From a virus (Duplodnaviria > Caudoviricetes), in the IMG/VR virus record IMGVR_UViG_3300025118_000067, positions 1 to 35,308 of that record: a stretch of 35,308 bases of DNA; one strand, written 5' to 3'. Both the position numbers and the translations under genes were made by a program. The notes below the pieces were generated by a model. It did no database searches, was not told the DNA's origin, and saw only the letters and a list, made by a program, of their open reading frames with translations. How positions within the stretch are numbered: the stretch's first letter is position 1; each line of letters starts with the position of its first letter. Below are positions 9,001-18,242 of this stretch, piece after piece.

Positions 9001-10005
9001 TTCAGGGGTAGGTAGTTCACCTTCCATAATAGGTGCTATCGTACCAAATTCAGCAGTCTCTACGGCCTTAGCCGCTAATGTTTGCGTAACAGGACTTAAT
9101 CCTTTTAACGCTGTTTTTACTACAGGGCCAGTAGCCCCGGTGACAGCACCAAGAACAGCACCCTTAGATGCGTTTTTAATATTCATTAATAAATCAAACT
9201 CTTGTTCTGGATCTGCTATCTGCCCAAGACTTGATTGTAATCCACTATAGAACCCTAATTGAGTACCTCCTACAGCCGCCGCTTGGAACGCTTGATTTAA
9301 TACCTTTGGTGCGGCGTTGTCAATTATATCACTAGCCTTCTTAGCACTCAAACCATTCATAGTAAGCCTTCTCTTTGCCTCATCAAGTGGATTGGTTGTA
9401 ACCCTAACGGGCATACCTTTTCCTTTTTTAGCAAGTGTCTTACCAGTGCTAACAACTATATTTTCTCCCATGATAGATTTTACAAGGTCATCACTAACAG
9501 CAACTCCCTTACCAACCCCTTGCTGTACCGCTTTTTTAACTGCGGCTTTTGTGGCTGACTTAGCGGCTAAACCACCAACACCACCCGTACCTATCATTGT
9601 AACTATATCTAAGGGTTGTAAAAAAGAAATAACAGTAGCACCGATGTCTCCAAGCATACCGGGCTCATAGCCTGAAAGGTCAAATCTGGCATCGCCAGTT
9701 GCTATCTGCTCAGCTAAGCCAGTAAGGCTTTGATTGTATCCCGCCTTTACCCAGTCGGGTAGCCAATCACCGGGTATGAAACCATATAGATCACCATCTT
9801 CTTTTGATTGTTTAAAATCAGATTCTCTTTCTTTGTAGGCAGTAAGAAAGGCATTCGGGTCAAACAGGTTATTGTCGTAATTAGAAGCCTCTTCTAAATA
9901 ATCACCTGTGTTCTGTAGTTTTTGAATAGAGGGATCATCAAGATCGCCTGACAAACCATTGATAAGATTTTCGTAATACGAATATTTACTCGTTGATTCA
10001 GGCAT
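6022..10005 (-). CDS. Large internal virion/ejection protein (T7 gp16-like position)
   Basis: 1327 aa, helical, with Gly/Ala-rich hydrophobic segments and an LETDARIVLAKY motif; last of three large genes after the nozzle. Confidence 0.75.
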   Translation of the reverse strand: MPESTSKYSYYENLINGLSGDLDDPSIQKLQNTGDYLEEASNYDNNLFDPNAFLTAYKERESDFKQSKEDGDLYGFIPGDWLPDWVKAGYNQSLTGLAEQIATGDARFDLSGYEPGMLGDIGATVISFLQPLDIVTMIGTGGVGGLAAKSATKAAVKKAVQQGVGKGVAVSDDLVKSIMGENIVVSTGKTLAKKGKGMPVRVTTNPLDEAKRRLTMNGLSAKKASDIIDNAAPKVLNQAFQAAAVGGTQLGFYSGLQSSLGQIADPEQEFDLLMNIKNASKGAVLGAVTGATGPVVKTALKGLSPVTQTLAAKAVETAEFGTIAPIMEGELPTPEDYAHAAGVIGALGAQRYASGKLIKGYKKITQAKKDVKLGLDEGARILGQIETDMKIQPNEVFTARDGTKVRDVRFDTRTTTKEQKTTGIGTEKTTLIEDIVKLKDLETGKELNPIKFSTFQQKGFTRGGKGSPAELTKRRVNGIFEIRKNLNMNDATFQDRAGVITKKDLRGQSPKRIVKNMTPIEQLKMLNQMRHETRVIKLRERIKSGGWETTMVPDKLLSDYHKIKFLDRSGKRLQTQFSADVQNRVNNADARYFTLLGQMSRRFTELGLESSGMAKAKQVVSTKAKEKATQEAIELGRKLQDPNFVNDPKVREYRKTLDDMWDIARKAGVDLGPKEELYFPRIIKEDYLKALSGDIAKLRDQNPQLFNENAMYNKPEFQKVVGDIVSKGKLSNETLDVIYDMAGIRRDLAREQVPDFNLKVSQAFKRLNTTVNSQYHNIASHLEIARKAKDLPERMLETDARIVLAKYAHQWARRVSSVEQFGNRGEFWQRSISGLRELAQNKNNKYSDKEVKVFKEEANVLDKIYKVYTNNIELDPSHNWKSPTVRRVWNEIVDFEIGSKIGLGFATVPNLTQLSISTAVKTGYYPVVKGMYKLMTSSEYRKLIKESGVTNISLYESLAGLKPSDTFFNKFAEGATWLSGFKKINEINQLVSSAAAKEWIDMLQPIAQGKGTGKFKARQNWARQNLRDLGLLDINKITDRQKAESMYKFARDTQLQRNILQEPLVFNDPRFRPIFLFKKFGYKQFNWIRGQLGAELKMGNVFPMLRLASAGLFGGEFVSMARDKLAEFYAGQEVYDENEYFLDYGGIKDVAFGDRKLNSLIKTDRMTWGDVLDRFASVGAFGIAMDVVAAENTIRALEFAGKPAFAQDFDKIWTAMTRTHENIKDYGGIGALKRMPKYIAPVFGTVPRRLAERIEPVGQRQSYVKYRKGLARSKILDYIIEGDDIRATRLIKNWNSTFPMNPLLYDDISVDEITKRIIHKVKKKITP

Positions 10006-10011
10006 AACACA

Positions 10012-11841
10012 CTATTCAAACAACTGAATAGGCTGTGGGGTTATTCCAATCTCACCAGTTGGACTAGCCATTGCCCCACCAATATTTAATATGTCTTTTA
10101 TATAGAGACGGCTAGGGGCTCCACTTTTAACATTCTTTAATTCAGCGTATATTTTTTCTAATTCACCTTCCTTTGGTATAAAACTCATACCAGTACGAGG
10201 GTCATATCGGGTACCCACAACTCTCTTGCCCTTAAAGGCCCCTTGGTATTCCCATGAATGCAAATATTTCTTTAGAGTATCTTTATACTTTTGTTTTATC
10301 TTTCCATATTTTTTTGTGTTAGGCATTGAATCAATGGCTAACTGCAAATTAGTAACTACCTCATCTTCCTTTTCTAAAACCTTGTTTGCCTCTGTTGGGT
10401 TTAACGTGTGTTGGCGTGACAAACTCGCTGTACGCTTAGTTAAATTAGGCAATACCTTATCGTAATACTCTGGAGACCTTTCTCTTGTTGGTAATTTAAA
10501 AATTTTTGCTTCAGGGCCAATACCAAACTTAACTGAGCTTGTCTCTCCACGAGCTTTTTCTTCAGCTTTTTCCTTACCAACCAAACTCATCCTCTCTCTA
10601 AGCGTAGGCTCAAGAGCTTTTTCATGTGCAAAGCTCTCTTTCTCTTTAAACCGATTAAAAGCTTCTATTTTCTGCTCTGCTGTTTTGTACTCAGAGGAAT
10701 CTTCTGGTGCAGATGCCAATATATACATAGCATTTATTCTATCTTCTTCATCTATTGCTTCACTGACCGTCTCTGGCACCTTAACCACCTCGGCTGGATC
10801 GTAATCAGGTCTAGCAATACCAAAAGGCACCTCATCTCCGGCTGTTTCTGCCCACATCGCAGGTACCATTGTACCATCAGGCATCTTTATCATCTTAGCA
10901 TCTTCGCCTTCTTTTGGTTTAGGCGGCACAATTTTATATTGCGATTGAATATTGTTCCTAACGGTACGGTAATTTTCCAAATCTCTATTAAGACTTGTGA
11001 CCTTACTAAGGTCGCCCCCTGTTAATTTCATTGTCTCCTTAACGACTTCCGGCAACTGATAATCCTCACCCTTAGCCATAGCCTCTTGCATTGCCCTAAC
11101 GTCATAACCCATATCTCTATAAGCATCAATTAGTTTTGTTTCTGTATTTAGTATAACACTATTCACTTGAGAAAGCCTACTAGATACGTCTTTAGGCATA
11201 GCACGCATACCGGTTTTTTCTTGTTCTGAAAATAGATTTCTTGCCTTTATAAAATCAGCGTAATACAAAGGGTCTCTTTCTTTCAATTCGTTAATTTCGC
11301 TAGGAGAAAAAGATTGCATTATCGGATTTGCATCATAATAAGTACCTGTTGACGAAAGACTTTTAATTTTATCAATTTTTTCCCTACTGGAAACCAAATT
11401 ATCAAATTGACTGTCCGCTAATGAATTATAATTTTGAGCTTCAGTGTCATAGCCAAAAGCCCTTGCTGTTTTTTCTTTAGCTCCGTAGTCATATTTTGAA
11501 ATCCCTTCCAGCACGCCCTCATACTCTTCACGCTTCTTCTTTTCAAGGTTGTCTAGGTACTGACTAGCCTTATCCGCTTTTTTCTCTTTTTGAAGTTGAA
11601 CCCATTTTAAATTATCAATATTTCTTTGATCTCTAACCTCTTCGTCTTTCCTTTCTTGTCTATCTACAGAATCCCGATACCTTTTTTCTTCTAGCTGTTG
11701 TCTGCCAAGGGCTAATTGATTCTGTTGGAATTGATTAACGTAACCGGGTAGGTTATCTAGGAAGTCAGCAAATGGTGTGTCGTACTGACCGGGAGCCAGA
11801 CGCTGTCTTCTACTGTATATCGTTCTAGGGCCGTTAGCCAT
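10012..11841 (-). CDS. Putative internal virion/ejection protein
   Basis: 609 aa charged coiled-coil; middle position of the podoviral ejection triad. Confidence 0.65.
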   Translation of the reverse strand: MANGPRTIYSRRQRLAPGQYDTPFADFLDNLPGYVNQFQQNQLALGRQQLEEKRYRDSVDRQERKDEEVRDQRNIDNLKWVQLQKEKKADKASQYLDNLEKKKREEYEGVLEGISKYDYGAKEKTARAFGYDTEAQNYNSLADSQFDNLVSSREKIDKIKSLSSTGTYYDANPIMQSFSPSEINELKERDPLYYADFIKARNLFSEQEKTGMRAMPKDVSSRLSQVNSVILNTETKLIDAYRDMGYDVRAMQEAMAKGEDYQLPEVVKETMKLTGGDLSKVTSLNRDLENYRTVRNNIQSQYKIVPPKPKEGEDAKMIKMPDGTMVPAMWAETAGDEVPFGIARPDYDPAEVVKVPETVSEAIDEEDRINAMYILASAPEDSSEYKTAEQKIEAFNRFKEKESFAHEKALEPTLRERMSLVGKEKAEEKARGETSSVKFGIGPEAKIFKLPTRERSPEYYDKVLPNLTKRTASLSRQHTLNPTEANKVLEKEDEVVTNLQLAIDSMPNTKKYGKIKQKYKDTLKKYLHSWEYQGAFKGKRVVGTRYDPRTGMSFIPKEGELEKIYAELKNVKSGAPSRLYIKDILNIGGAMASPTGEIGITPQPIQLFE

Positions 11842-13331
11842 TATACTACCTGTTCAAAGTCTACATCAACCTTGCTATAGTCTACAGCAAGATATCCATT
11901 ATCAGCTTCAAAGGATGCCCAAGGAACCTCTTGTGCCATGACACCCCGATACACACCTTCACCATATTTCTTATCTTTATATTCAAACGTATATATGTTG
12001 ATACCACTATCAGACAAACCGGTTAGGTTAATATTCTCTTTTAAGTTCATGTCGCTTTGATAATCGTCTGAGTCAGATTGCTGATTGTAGTCAACAACAA
12101 GTTTCCATTGACTACCGTCCCAATAATATTTTTCAGAACCCCTAGAATAAGTATCGTTAAGATTGGGGTTTTTAGGTGCGTTAATGTGCTTATATCCAGC
12201 AATATTACCACCACCTGCAACAATATCTGCGGCAGTTCCTAATGTTTGAGATGCGAACTCTTTTTGCTCTGATGAGATCGTGTCTTGATAGGATTCCTCA
12301 CCCTTTTCAAGCATTTCCATCAATGACCCCTGTGATGCACCAAATCCCGTATCTACGCTAGAAATACCCCCACCCGTTGTATCAGATACCGCCTGTCCTA
12401 TTTCCTTCCTTGCTTTTATAATATCGTAAGGATCAAATGCTTCAAATAGGGCCAGTTGATCAGGGGTCGCTGTCAAGCCCTGCTCTTGTAAAACAGATTG
12501 TGCTGTTAATCCTCCAGTCTGCATACCGATAAGACCACCATCTTGAAGGCCTTTACCTCTCGTAAACACATTACCAATAATTTCAGAAAGTGAGGGTAGT
12601 GGTGAATATCCTTGAGCACTTCCTGTTATGGGCCCCGATATTTTGCCAGCTGTAGCACTAGCGTATTGCGGATCAGCGAAACTAAATATATTTTCCGGCG
12701 AACCATAGCCGGTCACCCCCTTACCAGCGGCAAGTTTGCCAAAACTTTGCCATCCTTGCTTAGTGAGAGGGTTGTATTCACCATATATACCACCGCCGGG
12801 AGTAAGCCCCGCTGTAAGGCCAGCCTTTACCCCAGCCATTCCTGCACGACCTACTATACCACTCTGGTACTCATCACTAGCCCTGTTTATATCCTCAAAA
12901 GATTCTTGGGAGTATACAGTACCACTTTTATCATAATCTTTTGCCTTTCCAGCACCAAACTTTTCACCTAACCCAGTACCAAGTCCTTGACCAATAGCCG
13001 CACCCGGAGCACCACCTAACATGCCCCCCGCTAAGCCACCAACCGTTCCTAATATAGAACCCCAAAGGCCACCCTTCCCCTGCCTTTCGGCCTCTTGTCT
13101 TTCATAGTCTTCTAATAAACTGCGGTCTTTTTGACCTTGTAGTGCCCTCGCCAATAAGGCGGCACCCGGAGTTCTCTTCGGGCTAAAACTTTTTTTATAT
13201 GCAGGTGACACACTATCGCCAGTTTGCATCATGGTCAATAAAGTGCCAGCCCTACCTGTGTTATAATTATATGGCTTAGGCCCGGATGTCCTGACGGTGT
13301 GTTCTTTTGGTGGAGAAGAGTATTTGATCAT
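11841..13331 (-). CDS. Pilot/ejection protein with glycine-zipper segment and C-terminal peptidase S74-like chaperone domain
   Basis: GSILGTVGGLAGGMLGGAPGAAIGQGLG; C-terminal SDMNLKENI...GVMAQEV...VDYSKV. Confidence 0.72.
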   Translation of the reverse strand: MIKYSSPPKEHTVRTSGPKPYNYNTGRAGTLLTMMQTGDSVSPAYKKSFSPKRTPGAALLARALQGQKDRSLLEDYERQEAERQGKGGLWGSILGTVGGLAGGMLGGAPGAAIGQGLGTGLGEKFGAGKAKDYDKSGTVYSQESFEDINRASDEYQSGIVGRAGMAGVKAGLTAGLTPGGGIYGEYNPLTKQGWQSFGKLAAGKGVTGYGSPENIFSFADPQYASATAGKISGPITGSAQGYSPLPSLSEIIGNVFTRGKGLQDGGLIGMQTGGLTAQSVLQEQGLTATPDQLALFEAFDPYDIIKARKEIGQAVSDTTGGGISSVDTGFGASQGSLMEMLEKGEESYQDTISSEQKEFASQTLGTAADIVAGGGNIAGYKHINAPKNPNLNDTYSRGSEKYYWDGSQWKLVVDYNQQSDSDDYQSDMNLKENINLTGLSDSGINIYTFEYKDKKYGEGVYRGVMAQEVPWASFEADNGYLAVDYSKVDVDFEQVV

Positions 13332-13378
13332 ACTATAATTCCTTTGAATTTAATAAAACTTTTATCACAATATAAAGA

Positions 13379-14056
13379 TTATATTCTCACAATGACCTTC
13401 CAGACCGAAGTGACCCAAAAAGCTTTTGAACTTGTTACCATATCAGCATGAGATGGTGTTATAGCAAGAGCCACAACATCTCCAGCATCAACTGTTGGTG
13501 TTGCACTCCAATCTGATTGATTTATCGTTATTGCCGTATGGTCTACGAATGTTGTTGAATATGTGTAGTTACATAAAGCATCAGTTGTGTCATCGCCATC
13601 ATCTTTCTTCTCTATGGCAAATACAATATCATCAGTGTTGTCATCGAGGTTAGGAGGTTTAAATATTAACTTATGGCAGGTCATTTTAAATGGGGCAAGG
13701 TATCCTTGACCAGTCCTAAGCGACCCAAATTCTGTATCGTTAAACCAAGGCAGGTAGTGTTTACTGTCATCTAGGTCATCAGAAAAGTTATGAGAGAATG
13801 CACGATAATCCACAAAGGTCGATCTATACTCAAGCCTCGAAGAATTTGACCTCCCCTCTACGATACTATCACTATTCCTACTCATGTCAGAACGCCACAA
13901 TCTACCTCTCTCCTTTCTATATCTTATAAGAACACCCCTACGATCAAAGAATAAGACCTCTTCTCCCTCCCTCATTGATTGAATGGATGGTTGGGTCTCC
14001 ACCACTCGTATCTTATCTTGTTTTTTATTGGTAATGGAACGACTGACCCTATCCAT
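13379..14056 (-). CDS. Putative tail protein (needle/plug-like) with C-terminal beta-sandwich
   Basis: Translationally coupled to the nozzle; basic N-terminus and beta-rich C-terminal domain. Confidence 0.55.
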   Translation of the reverse strand: MDRVSRSITNKKQDKIRVVETQPSIQSMREGEEVLFFDRRGVLIRYRKERGRLWRSDMSRNSDSIVEGRSNSSRLEYRSTFVDYRAFSHNFSDDLDDSKHYLPWFNDTEFGSLRTGQGYLAPFKMTCHKLIFKPPNLDDNTDDIVFAIEKKDDGDDTTDALCNYTYSTTFVDHTAITINQSDWSATPTVDAGDVVALAITPSHADMVTSSKAFWVTSVWKVIVRI

Positions 14057-16764
14057 TATGTACCCTTTCTATATAAAGCCCTATATTCTATGGATATGTC
14101 ATTGATATAGACCTTAGCAGAGGTAGATGACGTGTCTAAATTGAGCGATGCCTTGTTACACGTTATTGGGGATGACGGGGTTATCTTTACCTTTGCCCAG
14201 TTACTAGCAGAAGCGGATATAGTTCCAGCCAATGCTGTTGATGTATTGTCATCCTCTACTATTGTAAATAAGTTAGTAAGAGCAACATCTGATTTATAGG
14301 TAAGATGTACAGCGTATATCTTCTTTACCTGTGCAGGGTTTCCAAAATCAATGTCCCTAGTCCTGAATTTTGTATTTGTGGTAGCTATGACATCACGCTT
14401 GATCTGGTATATATCAACAGCACTTGCAGAGTCGTGACCGATATAGGTTCTCTCTGTCTCCGCATCAACAGAGTTCGTGATACCGTCATTAGCGTCTAAT
14501 ATAAAATCTTTTATAAATGTAAAATTCCCCTTTTTTAGATCGCACATATATGCATCACCATTATTGCTCATATTCGCTACAACAAAGACCATTGACTCTC
14601 GTTGATCATATATGATCGAAGAAAGTGGACTCACATGTGTAGCCCAAGTAAAATCATCTATCTTGTTCTCCTTTAGGTTGGTTATATTAGAGCCATTATA
14701 CAAAAACAAACCTTGTTCATTTGCCCAGACTAGACCATACTGAGTTCTTTTTACAGCCTCTGGGTGTGCCACCCCTTGATATTGCCTACTCTCTTCTAAG
14801 AACCAATCACGGTCATTCCCTGCTATATTGATAATATCCACACTATATCTCTTGTAGGCAAGTAGCCTATCAGCATAAGCTTCTATGGCAATGTATACAT
14901 CAGCGTCACCCTTTGCCGCTTCTATAAAGTTATGAGATGGAAATGTATCATACCTGTTTGGCATAGAGTACATGATCCTATCTGGATATGATTTTACAGT
15001 AGCCTCCGCTTTGGTAGAACCCGTCTCCTCATCCTTTATCGTAACATTACATACAAAGACCCTATTGTTAGAGACCACTACATCTTTCCAGTGCTCCCCT
15101 TGGTCTCCTAAAGCATTACTAAACACACTAGATGAAAAACCATTGATGACCTCATAGGTTATATATCCTAGTTCAGTGACTCTAAAATTATTAGCCACCA
15201 ATCGGTCTGGGCATGAATAAAAACTACCCGTAAGTGTTAGCGTAACACCTGTGCCATCTGCTGTGGCGTTGTCAGAGATAGTTATAACATTAGAAGTGTT
15301 ATTAGCCGCTGTAATAGTCGCCCCTAAAGGGATTCCAGTTCCCGAAATAGACATCCCCACTACAGCAAGGTCATTAGATGTATTTGTAATATTTGCATTG
15401 CCGTCTGTTGTATTTCCAGTTAAGGACTCTCTTGGATTATCCCAATCGGTGTACTCATCGGAGAGCTTTGTTCTACAACCCTTACCCAAATGAATATCTA
15501 ATAACATAATATATTCTGAATCTACACCTTTCTTTCTTATATAGATCCTACCCCCCGATATTCTTTCATCAAAAGGCCCGACAGTTGCTACGTTCAAAGA
15601 TAAAGACTTAAACTCAACATCCTCTGAAACTGCGTGTGTGTCTGTATAGGCTAAAGGAAGAGACTCTTGATTATCGTCATATATAAAAGTTTGAGCAAAT
15701 TCATACGTGCCCCGCTCTATTAATCCATCTTCATCTGTTTCGGTAGCCACGGCTATATTAAAACCGCCTCCAGCGGTTAGTGAAATAGCCGCAGAAGAAT
15801 CGCTCTCTTGTATTTTTTGATAACTAGCCAATGCCCCAGCTGTCCCAGAGGTTGAAGCTATTGTCCCATCCGTAGGTGGGTCAAGGGTGTTATCATTTGC
15901 ATAATACGCCATATAGGAATTACTGTCTTCAGTGTTATTCGCCCCACTAAAGTGCCTTCTCTGTACCCAGCCATACCACTGTATCTTGCAATCATTTGTA
16001 TCAGCGGTGTCGCAACAACGTATCGCATCTTCAACCCTGTAATACTTAACCTTAGATGCTATGGTCGAAGCAGAGGATCTTAGGACAATAGTGTTATGTG
16101 TGTAGTTGTTTGCTCCGGTTGAGAACACATCAATGTCGTTAGCGGCAGGATTCGCTACCAGTATCAAAGAGTCACCAAAAGAAAATCCCTTTAGTGTAGC
16201 TCCCCAAAATACTTGAGGAGGGCTTTCAACAGCAATGGGAATCGCCCTGTCAAAAACGATATTATTGCTATTAGTATCCACCACATGATAAAGACCTTGA
16301 GCCGAACTGTCAATACCATTAGCAGGAAAGGTACTGGCAGTCATCTGCACTAATGTACCTACCGGGAATGAGGATGCTAAGTTTTGTTGAGTACCACTAA
16401 TTTTGTATTCTAACTCCCTAAGTAAACCACCATTCGTTCTTGCTATGAATCCAGTTGCAGAACCTTCGGTATCATCGTCCCCCGCAATAGAGCTTGTTTG
16501 GGCGACTGTTACAGGGTCTCTTACATGATCTGTCTCAAAATAGCCCAACCCATATCCCGGCTCTATGTCTGTTATCTCATCAGCTTGGTATGCAGAGATC
16601 TTATTAGCTGTCTGGGCCAATGAGTATGACGGTTGAATACCGCCATACACATTGAACATTACATTCTGAGCTGTTTGAACTTCACTGTCGGCTATATCAG
16701 CACCGTCCCTGAGAGTGTTCAAACCACCACTGAAGTCATTGAGCTTGTACAACTGCTTTGGCAT
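14056..16764 (-). CDS. Tail nozzle/stabilisation protein (P22 gp10- or T7 gp12-like beta-propeller)
   Basis: N-terminal DFSGGLN; propeller motifs NNRVFV, RIMYS, LVWANEQGLFLYNG; C-terminal TRDIDFGNP..VK. Confidence 0.8.
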   Translation of the reverse strand: MPKQLYKLNDFSGGLNTLRDGADIADSEVQTAQNVMFNVYGGIQPSYSLAQTANKISAYQADEITDIEPGYGLGYFETDHVRDPVTVAQTSSIAGDDDTEGSATGFIARTNGGLLRELEYKISGTQQNLASSFPVGTLVQMTASTFPANGIDSSAQGLYHVVDTNSNNIVFDRAIPIAVESPPQVFWGATLKGFSFGDSLILVANPAANDIDVFSTGANNYTHNTIVLRSSASTIASKVKYYRVEDAIRCCDTADTNDCKIQWYGWVQRRHFSGANNTEDSNSYMAYYANDNTLDPPTDGTIASTSGTAGALASYQKIQESDSSAAISLTAGGGFNIAVATETDEDGLIERGTYEFAQTFIYDDNQESLPLAYTDTHAVSEDVEFKSLSLNVATVGPFDERISGGRIYIRKKGVDSEYIMLLDIHLGKGCRTKLSDEYTDWDNPRESLTGNTTDGNANITNTSNDLAVVGMSISGTGIPLGATITAANNTSNVITISDNATADGTGVTLTLTGSFYSCPDRLVANNFRVTELGYITYEVINGFSSSVFSNALGDQGEHWKDVVVSNNRVFVCNVTIKDEETGSTKAEATVKSYPDRIMYSMPNRYDTFPSHNFIEAAKGDADVYIAIEAYADRLLAYKRYSVDIINIAGNDRDWFLEESRQYQGVAHPEAVKRTQYGLVWANEQGLFLYNGSNITNLKENKIDDFTWATHVSPLSSIIYDQRESMVFVVANMSNNGDAYMCDLKKGNFTFIKDFILDANDGITNSVDAETERTYIGHDSASAVDIYQIKRDVIATTNTKFRTRDIDFGNPAQVKKIYAVHLTYKSDVALTNLFTIVEDDNTSTALAGTISASASNWAKVKITPSSPITCNKASLNLDTSSTSAKVYINDISIEYRALYRKGT

Positions 16765-16991
16765 TACTTACCTTTGAAGACGCCTTCCAATATATCTGTC
16801 ACAACATCTACTATTTTCTCAAAGAATACCTGTTCTTTATCTTCAGACACGAATGGAATGTCGATCCGCTTATTAATCGCACTAGCGATCTTTTCAGTCA
16901 TTTCATCTGAGCCTAAATGCTTAACGGCTTCTTCTTGCATTTTTTCTGCTTGCTGTTCAGCAAGTTTGATTAACATTGATTTAATATCCAT
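16764..16991 (-). CDS. Small hypothetical phage protein
   Basis: GGAG RBS; INKRIDIPFVSE motif; TAATG-coupled to the nozzle. Confidence 0.75.
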   Translation of the reverse strand: MDIKSMLIKLAEQQAEKMQEEAVKHLGSDEMTEKIASAINKRIDIPFVSEDKEQVFFEKIVDVVTDILEGVFKGK

Positions 16992-17001
16992 GTTTTTCTC
17001 C

Positions 17002-17205
17002 TTATTTTAAAATTCCAAATAAAAATGTTAATAAAGCCATCCCACCTAACATATAACTACGCCAGTTCTCAAGCGACCTTGTCCTACCATTAGAAAGTTT
17101 CAACTGCTCTTTAATATCTGGCAGTTCCCTATTCAATATAGTTTCTATGGAAGCTAATCTTTCTTTTATATCAAGTCTGTATTTATCTATTGGTTCATAA
17201 TTCAT
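17002..17205 (-). CDS. Coiled-coil protein with C-terminal TM helix (holin/hemolysin-like)
   Basis: ERLASIE...NGRTRSLENWR followed by a hydrophobic tail. Confidence 0.7.
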   Translation of the reverse strand: MNYEPIDKYRLDIKERLASIETILNRELPDIKEQLKLSNGRTRSLENWRSYMLGGMALLTFLFGILK

Positions 17206-17206
17206 T

Positions 17207-17383
17207 TTATTTATTCTTTATATCTATTATCTCATCTCTAAGTAATGCTATTTTTTCGTTATGTTCAATTTTCATCTCTAATGCAGTAATTCTTAATTCC
17301 ATTTGATACCAACCCCATCCTATTGCACCCAATAAGCTTATCACATTAAATACAAATTTCATATCTACTTTAATGCCGCCCAT
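17207..17383 (-). CDS. Uncalled 58-aa single-TM plus coiled-coil protein
   Basis: Manual translation MGGIKVDMKFVFNVISLLGAIGWGWYQMELRITALEMKIEHNEKIALLRDEIIDIKNK fills the gap exactly and resembles 17916..18242. Confidence 0.75.
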   Translation of the reverse strand: MGGIKVDMKFVFNVISLLGAIGWGWYQMELRITALEMKIEHNEKIALLRDEIIDIKNK

Positions 17384-17687
17384 TGATTCTGCTCATAGAG
17401 CCTTTAAGTTCTGATACTTGGTTATCAAGGTCATTTATCTCCTTTGTCATGGCATCAAATTTACGATCTAATTTATCATCCGATTGATTCCATCTACCAA
17501 TAAGCTTTATGATCATACCCTCCATGTTTTCAAGAGTTTCACTTTGACCCTTGTTCTCTATCTTTAAATTTTCTAGCGTCTCTTGTTGTTGTGCTGACTT
17601 ATTAGAAAGCGACACTACCAAATACACAAACATAGCACCCACTACGCCTATCATTCCAGCTTCGCCATATAATGCCATGAAATCCAT
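17370..17687 (-). CDS. Holin-like protein (N-terminal TM plus coiled coil)
   Basis: GMIGVVGAMFVYLVV then heptad repeats; GGAGG RBS. Confidence 0.65.
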   Translation of the reverse strand: MDFMALYGEAGMIGVVGAMFVYLVVSLSNKSAQQQETLENLKIENKGQSETLENMEGMIIKLIGRWNQSDDKLDRKFDAMTKEINDLDNQVSELKGSMSRINGRH

Positions 17688-17915
17688 TATGCCTCCGCCA
17701 TTATGATTAAAGGATTGAATGCTTTATTTTCCCAAAAACAAATAGTTAATTCCTGCAATTCATCAATTGATAAATCCAATGTATAAATTAACATTGTCAT
17801 TTCTTCTTCATTTTACCTTGTAATTTGGTTATCCTATTTTCATACTTCGTAGTTGACATTTGTCAACAAATGTAGCACAATTCGCACATTTTAAATGGTT
17901 AGACACACTACCCAT

Positions 17916-18242
17916 TTACTTCTTACCTTTCTTCTTCTTGCCCCAGCTAAGTGGGTTAATATTAAATTCCTTTTCATAAAATGCTACTTTCTCTGCCAAC
18001 TCTTCTCGCTCAACCCTTTCCTCCACGATATGTTTGCTAAGTAGATTCCCAATCTGTTCATCAGCAAGAGTAACTTTATCTTCAAGACTTCTAATCCGAA
18101 TTTCAACCTGCCAATAACCATAGACCAACATTCCGATAAGAACGGCAATTTGACCAAGCCACTTGAGATTAATACTAACAATAGCATTGTCATCAAGTAC
18201 AGTGGCACGATAACTTCTAGCGGTATCAGGCTTTTCACTCAC
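17916..18242 (-). CDS. Single-TM coiled-coil protein with Lys-rich tail
   Basis: TM WLGQIAVLIGMLVYGYW; ends WGKKKKGKK; GGAGG RBS and GTGA overlap. Confidence 0.75.
   Translation of the reverse strand: MSEKPDTARSYRATVLDDNAIVSINLKWLGQIAVLIGMLVYGYWQVEIRIRSLEDKVTLADEQIGNLLSKHIVEERVEREELAEKVAFYEKEFNINPLSWGKKKKGKK

Noticed and set aside
6022-10005. Virion RNA polymerase or lytic transglycosylase within the 1327-aa protein
   Set aside because: No DxDGD/DFDID-type or SLT catalytic motif was recognised by eye; a profile search would be needed to exclude it.
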